Assembly (NCBI GenBank): GCA_012295275.1 | Contig: CM022673.1 | Span: 26,846,001-26,910,000 of the forward strand | Direction: 5' to 3' | Length of the DNA: 64,000 nucleotides | Source: Chrysomallon squamiferum | Taxonomy: Eukaryota; Animalia; Mollusca | Shown here: positions 59,604 to 64,000 of the stretch, piece after piece | How positions within the stretch are numbered: position 1 is the first letter of the stretch | How the letters are laid out: every line of letters starts with the position of its first letter | Position numbers and translations under genes: made by a program | The notes under the pieces: model-generated | What the model was told of the DNA's origin: nothing | What the model saw: the letters and a program-made list of their open reading frames with translations, nothing else | Databases searched by the model: none

Positions 59604-62600
59604 TGGAACGAAAAAAAAAAAAAAAAAACAACAAATTTTTAATTTCACATAGTCAGTGGTGATCCCTTTGTCAGACACTTTCAGTTGTTGCATGATCAGG
59701 AAATCTGTTCACAAAAATACCTGACCTGGTTTTTGTGTTTTATTGTGGTCAGTGAGTTGTATTTTGACTACTGCTTCCATTATAATCTCTAAGTCAAAAT
59801 GATGCAGTGTCATTATTGATGCTACATATTTTTAAATGTTTATGGTATATATATTTTTAGATTTAGGATGGTATGTAATCCATTATTTCACAGACAGTGT
59901 CGTACTCAATTTGAAAACAATGTGTTATGTTCACCATCATTTTCAGTTAATGATTATTAATGACAGTTTTGTTTATGATTTAGTAATGAAATAACTAGTG
60001 GCATTCGGGAAAAATGTAAATATTATTCAAATGAACATATGTATGTATATATATATATATCACTATATAGAGATGTACATACATATTTAGAACATACATA
60101 AACACATGAATATATAGATACATACAAACATATACATACATATTATAGATACATACAAACATAGATATACAACAAACAAACATATACATATGTATATGTA
60201 TATACATACATACAACATTACATATATATACACACATACATAAATGTGTATAGACTGATATGCTTGTATTCATAGAAATTTCTTTCACAGAAATAAAATG
60301 TTGATTGATGATGAAGACCAAATCAGGCATTAATTAAAAAAACCTACCTCAAATGATCATCAGCTTAATTATTACATTATCATTCTTGATTTTATAACAA
60401 TTCAGATGGAAGGTATCATTTTTTTTTTAAATACATGAAATAAACATTAAAATTCTGTGTTATTAATTGCCTAATAACTAGGCAGGTTGATTTCATGTTT
60501 ATTTTGAAGATTTCAGAAGTTTTCATTTTAAAACAATACACCAGATTTTAAATGCCAGATTAAAAGAATATGGCAAAAGCATAATTTTAAAATAAACATA
60601 TCAATTTTTAATTCCATGAAAGTAAATTTAACTTTTTTTTTTTTTTTTAACCTTTTAGAAATCAGTTTATTTTCATTATAGACTACTAGAGTGAGATTTT
60701 TAATAAAAACAAATTAATGCAAATGTTTTTTTATTTATATGTAACTACTATTATTTGTTTTAATTATGTTGGGTAATGTTTTAGTAACTATAAAAAAAAT
60801 TTGTCTAAGTTGTTCTGCTTTTTAACAAGAATGAAAATCTAAAACGAGAAACAAACAAGTCTTAAGCAGTCATTTTTGATCATTTCATTTTTAAACTGTA
60901 TTTCCATTTTTCACAATTGCAATATACATCATGATTGTTATAAACAATGATTCAGAAGCTTTATCTAAATGTACATTTCCAATTTTTTGATTTTTGTGAA
61001 ATTATTTTATTTATTGTTATCTTCTTTAAGTATATTATGTTTTGATTTCATTCTAAATTCATTAAAAAGCCCTCCCTACTTAATAAAAAAAATTCATTCT
61101 TTCAGATACTTTTCTTTTCATTAATGTTACTATTTGTTCAATAAAACTTTATTTACAAATACTTATTGATGATAATTTTGTTTTGCTACCAATATAAATA
61201 TTTACAAACAACAGATTTTGGTATGAAAGTTATTATTAACCAAACCACTGTCTCCCATTATTAACAGAAAAGAATCTATTCTACTCTCACATTCAGTAAA
61301 ACGCATATCAAGACCTTTGATAAATAGTATTCATTTCTGGCAGATGCAGAATAATGTTATTTTCTATTTAATTTTAATTTACAATTGCTCAACACTTTTT
61401 TCGGAATTGCTCTCTTTGTCATTGCTCATATATGCATGAAATTTGCTTGCCAGGTTTTATTTCATAATCGTCGTAACTGAACTGTAAACTCATGCATGAT
61501 TTTAAAAAAAATCATAATAATTTAAAAATAAAGTCACACTTGTCTTCTTTGTAACTGTTTCACTTTTGAAATAATTGTATTCACACGCAGACGTCTTTGT
61601 AAGTGTTTAAAATGTTTTCAATTCTAGTCAGATAAAATTCTAGACAAAGGATTCTACGTTTGAAAGAATGAAGACTCCAGGTTCTGATTGAATGATGATT
61701 ATTTTATCATCCAGTCGGGCGATTTTTCATCATTTTATTAGCACAAATGATCATGTTATCTATAAGATAAATTGCACAGCTGCCATCACATTATTATGAT
61801 TATTATTATTATTATTATTATTGAATTGTGTTACAAATTAGATAACGTCTTCAGGATTAAAACTGATGTAAGGAGATGGAGATGGTTTTATTTTTGAAAC
61901 GGTACGTGATTGTAAAATGGTAATAAACACTTTATAATCTATATAATTGTTGTTTGTTGTATCAGCATTTGGATTAACATGAATCGTTTAGGTTTATTAT
62001 TATATTTACAAGTTTTTTGTGTGTGTGTGTTTTTTTTTTCCATTTTATTGTTTACATTTGTTCGTATTTTTGATGATAAATATTAACAATAAACTAAAAG
62101 TCACAAAACAAAAAATTAAATCTTGTTATTAACAAAATACTCAAACTTTTCTTTTCTGCACTATATTTTCAAGAAAGCTATTAAATATGTACAAATTTTG
62201 TTGCAATATGAATTTAATTCTTATCTTTGTAATTTTGAAGTTCACTTGTAAAGCAACCTGATAATTACAATAATTATATTACTGCATGATCCAGTGAATA
62301 TAATATAAAAAAAATAAAATAAAAAAATAAAAAAAAAAAAAAAAATGTATATATATTTATATATTAATATTTTTAAAATATCAATTATTTATTAATGAAG
62401 TAAAGACTAACATCGTGTGTGTTTATTACATTCTTTATCTGACAGTGCTAGCTAGTAAATAATATTAACAGTTTTTATTTAGGTAATGTTGAAACAGAGT
62501 AACCTACTTACTGTCCTTTTGCCTGCTTTATATTAAACGCATTGCCTATAATAAATTATGTGTATTAAATTTCATTTATATTTTAATCTTATAATACTTA

Positions 62601-62825
62601 TATTCAAACCGAAAAGATTAAACTCTGCATGAACTATTTTTATGTATGATAGAAAATGCGGTTAAACCAAAACCAAAGCGAAAAATAAAACGACAAACAC
62701 TTTAAAAATTAAAAAAAAAATTATTTTAAAGTATTACGTATCTTAAGATATAAGAGTTATAAAGAGAGTGAACTGAAGGAAGATTAATAAATAAATATAA
62801 AGATGATCTCCTCCCCAAAATTTGA

Positions 62826-62849
62826 GGTTTCCTTGTTTTTAATATAAAA
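62826..62849 (+). promoter_or_regulatory. GGTTTCCT motif plus TATAAAA box of the poly-Cys peptide gene
   Basis: TATA at 62843, 93 bp upstream of the ATG. Confidence 0.65.
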
Positions 62850-62935
62850 GCGCGGATGATCTAACATAAAGTGATTTCTGAAGACAAGTGATACAAACAA
62901 AACTGTGAACTCAAATTACGCGAAGAAAGAAGAAA

Positions 62936-63054
62936 ATGAATTTTGCAAAAATTCTGACTGTTGTTTGCCGTAAGTTTTTTTTATTTATTTATTTATTTAT
63001 TTATGTATTTGTTGTTTTTGTTGCCGATTTTTAAAATTTATTTAGACGACTCTC

Positions 63055-63096
<42 letters not shown>

Positions 63097-63254
63097 ACAT
63101 TACCCCCCACACACACACACACACAGTTAGTTATGGAGTTAGAAGACCTAGATATAAAACAAAGAAAACAGACGTTCGGATATAAGTAAAAATTAATTAT
63201 TTTGTAAAGTATTCCATAGTTACTTAGAAACAGAAACCAGGCTCTTTATAAGTA

Positions 63255-63289
<35 letters not shown>

Positions 63290-63316
63290 GTTATTATTGT
63301 TTTATTGTTTTTGTTG

Positions 63317-63369
<53 letters not shown>

Positions 63370-63634
63370 GATATTATCGTGGCATCATATTTCAGGATAA
63401 ACAAATTCTAAGATACAATTATTTAACATAAATTAGATAAAATATATTTTATTCAGTTTTTTGCTGCATCATTTACCTTTAAAAATGCTTTGTTAATATT
63501 TTAAATTAAATATTTTCTTTTCTCTCTCTTTTTTTTTTTTCGTTTTTCATTCAGTTGCAGTTTCAATATTTGCGGCTGCCGATGCTTGCTGTTGCTGTAA
63601 ATGTTGTAAGTGTTGCTGTTGCGACAAGAAGTAG
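62936..63634 (+). CDS. Tiny secreted poly-cysteine peptide (37-aa precursor, mature CCCCKCCKCCCCDKK)
   Basis: Exon 62936-62969 (34 nt, donor GTAAGT) plus exon 63555-63634 after a long pyrimidine tract: MNFAKILTVVCLAVSIFAAADA-CCCCKCCKCCCCDKK*; UTR donor after 63672, acceptor before 63968. Confidence 0.85.
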
Positions 63635-64000
63635 ACAATGTCGACAGTGACGTAGAGAATCCAGCATTTTAGGTAAAGACAGCATTAATATTTTTCTTTT
63701 AACATTTTGTTGGTTACATGCTTAGAAAGTGATCCGAAATTACAAATATAATAAATCTTTCTCTTGTATATAATACAACAACATCAACAACAAATATTAA
63801 TTAAAAAAAAAAACTAAAAAAAAACCACTAAATAAATAAATTTAAAACAACAAAAATAAAATAAAATAATAGTTTAAAGTAACAAACAATGATTTTATTT
63901 AGTTACAGAATTTTTAAATTATTATTTTTTTTTTAATAAATCTCTATATTTATTTATTAATTTTCAGGTATATGGGAAAAACAATGTCCTTTTTTTCGGC

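Overview
AT-rich, microsatellite-dense animal genomic DNA with spliceosomal introns (invertebrate-like; the species cannot be determined from sequence). Most ORF-track entries are microsatellite or antisense artefacts, and the real genes appear only when exons are spliced by hand. Bases 1-48.9 kb are a head-to-tail array of a 9-15 kb segmental duplication (four full units plus the tail of a fifth). Each full unit carries: (i) a first exon of RNA polymerase I subunit RPA43/POLR1F on the minus strand; (ii) a 149-aa secreted protein gene with two internal DYCR repeats and a DxNGDG (FG-GAP/calcium-blade-like) motif, whose mature exons diverge much faster than the adjacent intron; (iii) a Tigger/pogo-type MITE; (iv) a decayed Penelope-like retroelement. 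Two different MULE transposons sit in the same intron of two paralogs. Four small genes form a family of secreted peptides with identical architecture: TATA box, 34-nt first coding exon, 22-aa signal peptide, and a mature peptide beginning Cys-Cys. They are CCSC-(GS)n in two copies, a His-rich CCPCCCPCCGC form, and a 15-mer CCCCKCCKCCCCDKK. A complete TSPAN9/4-like tetraspanin gene lies at 55.9-59.6 kb.
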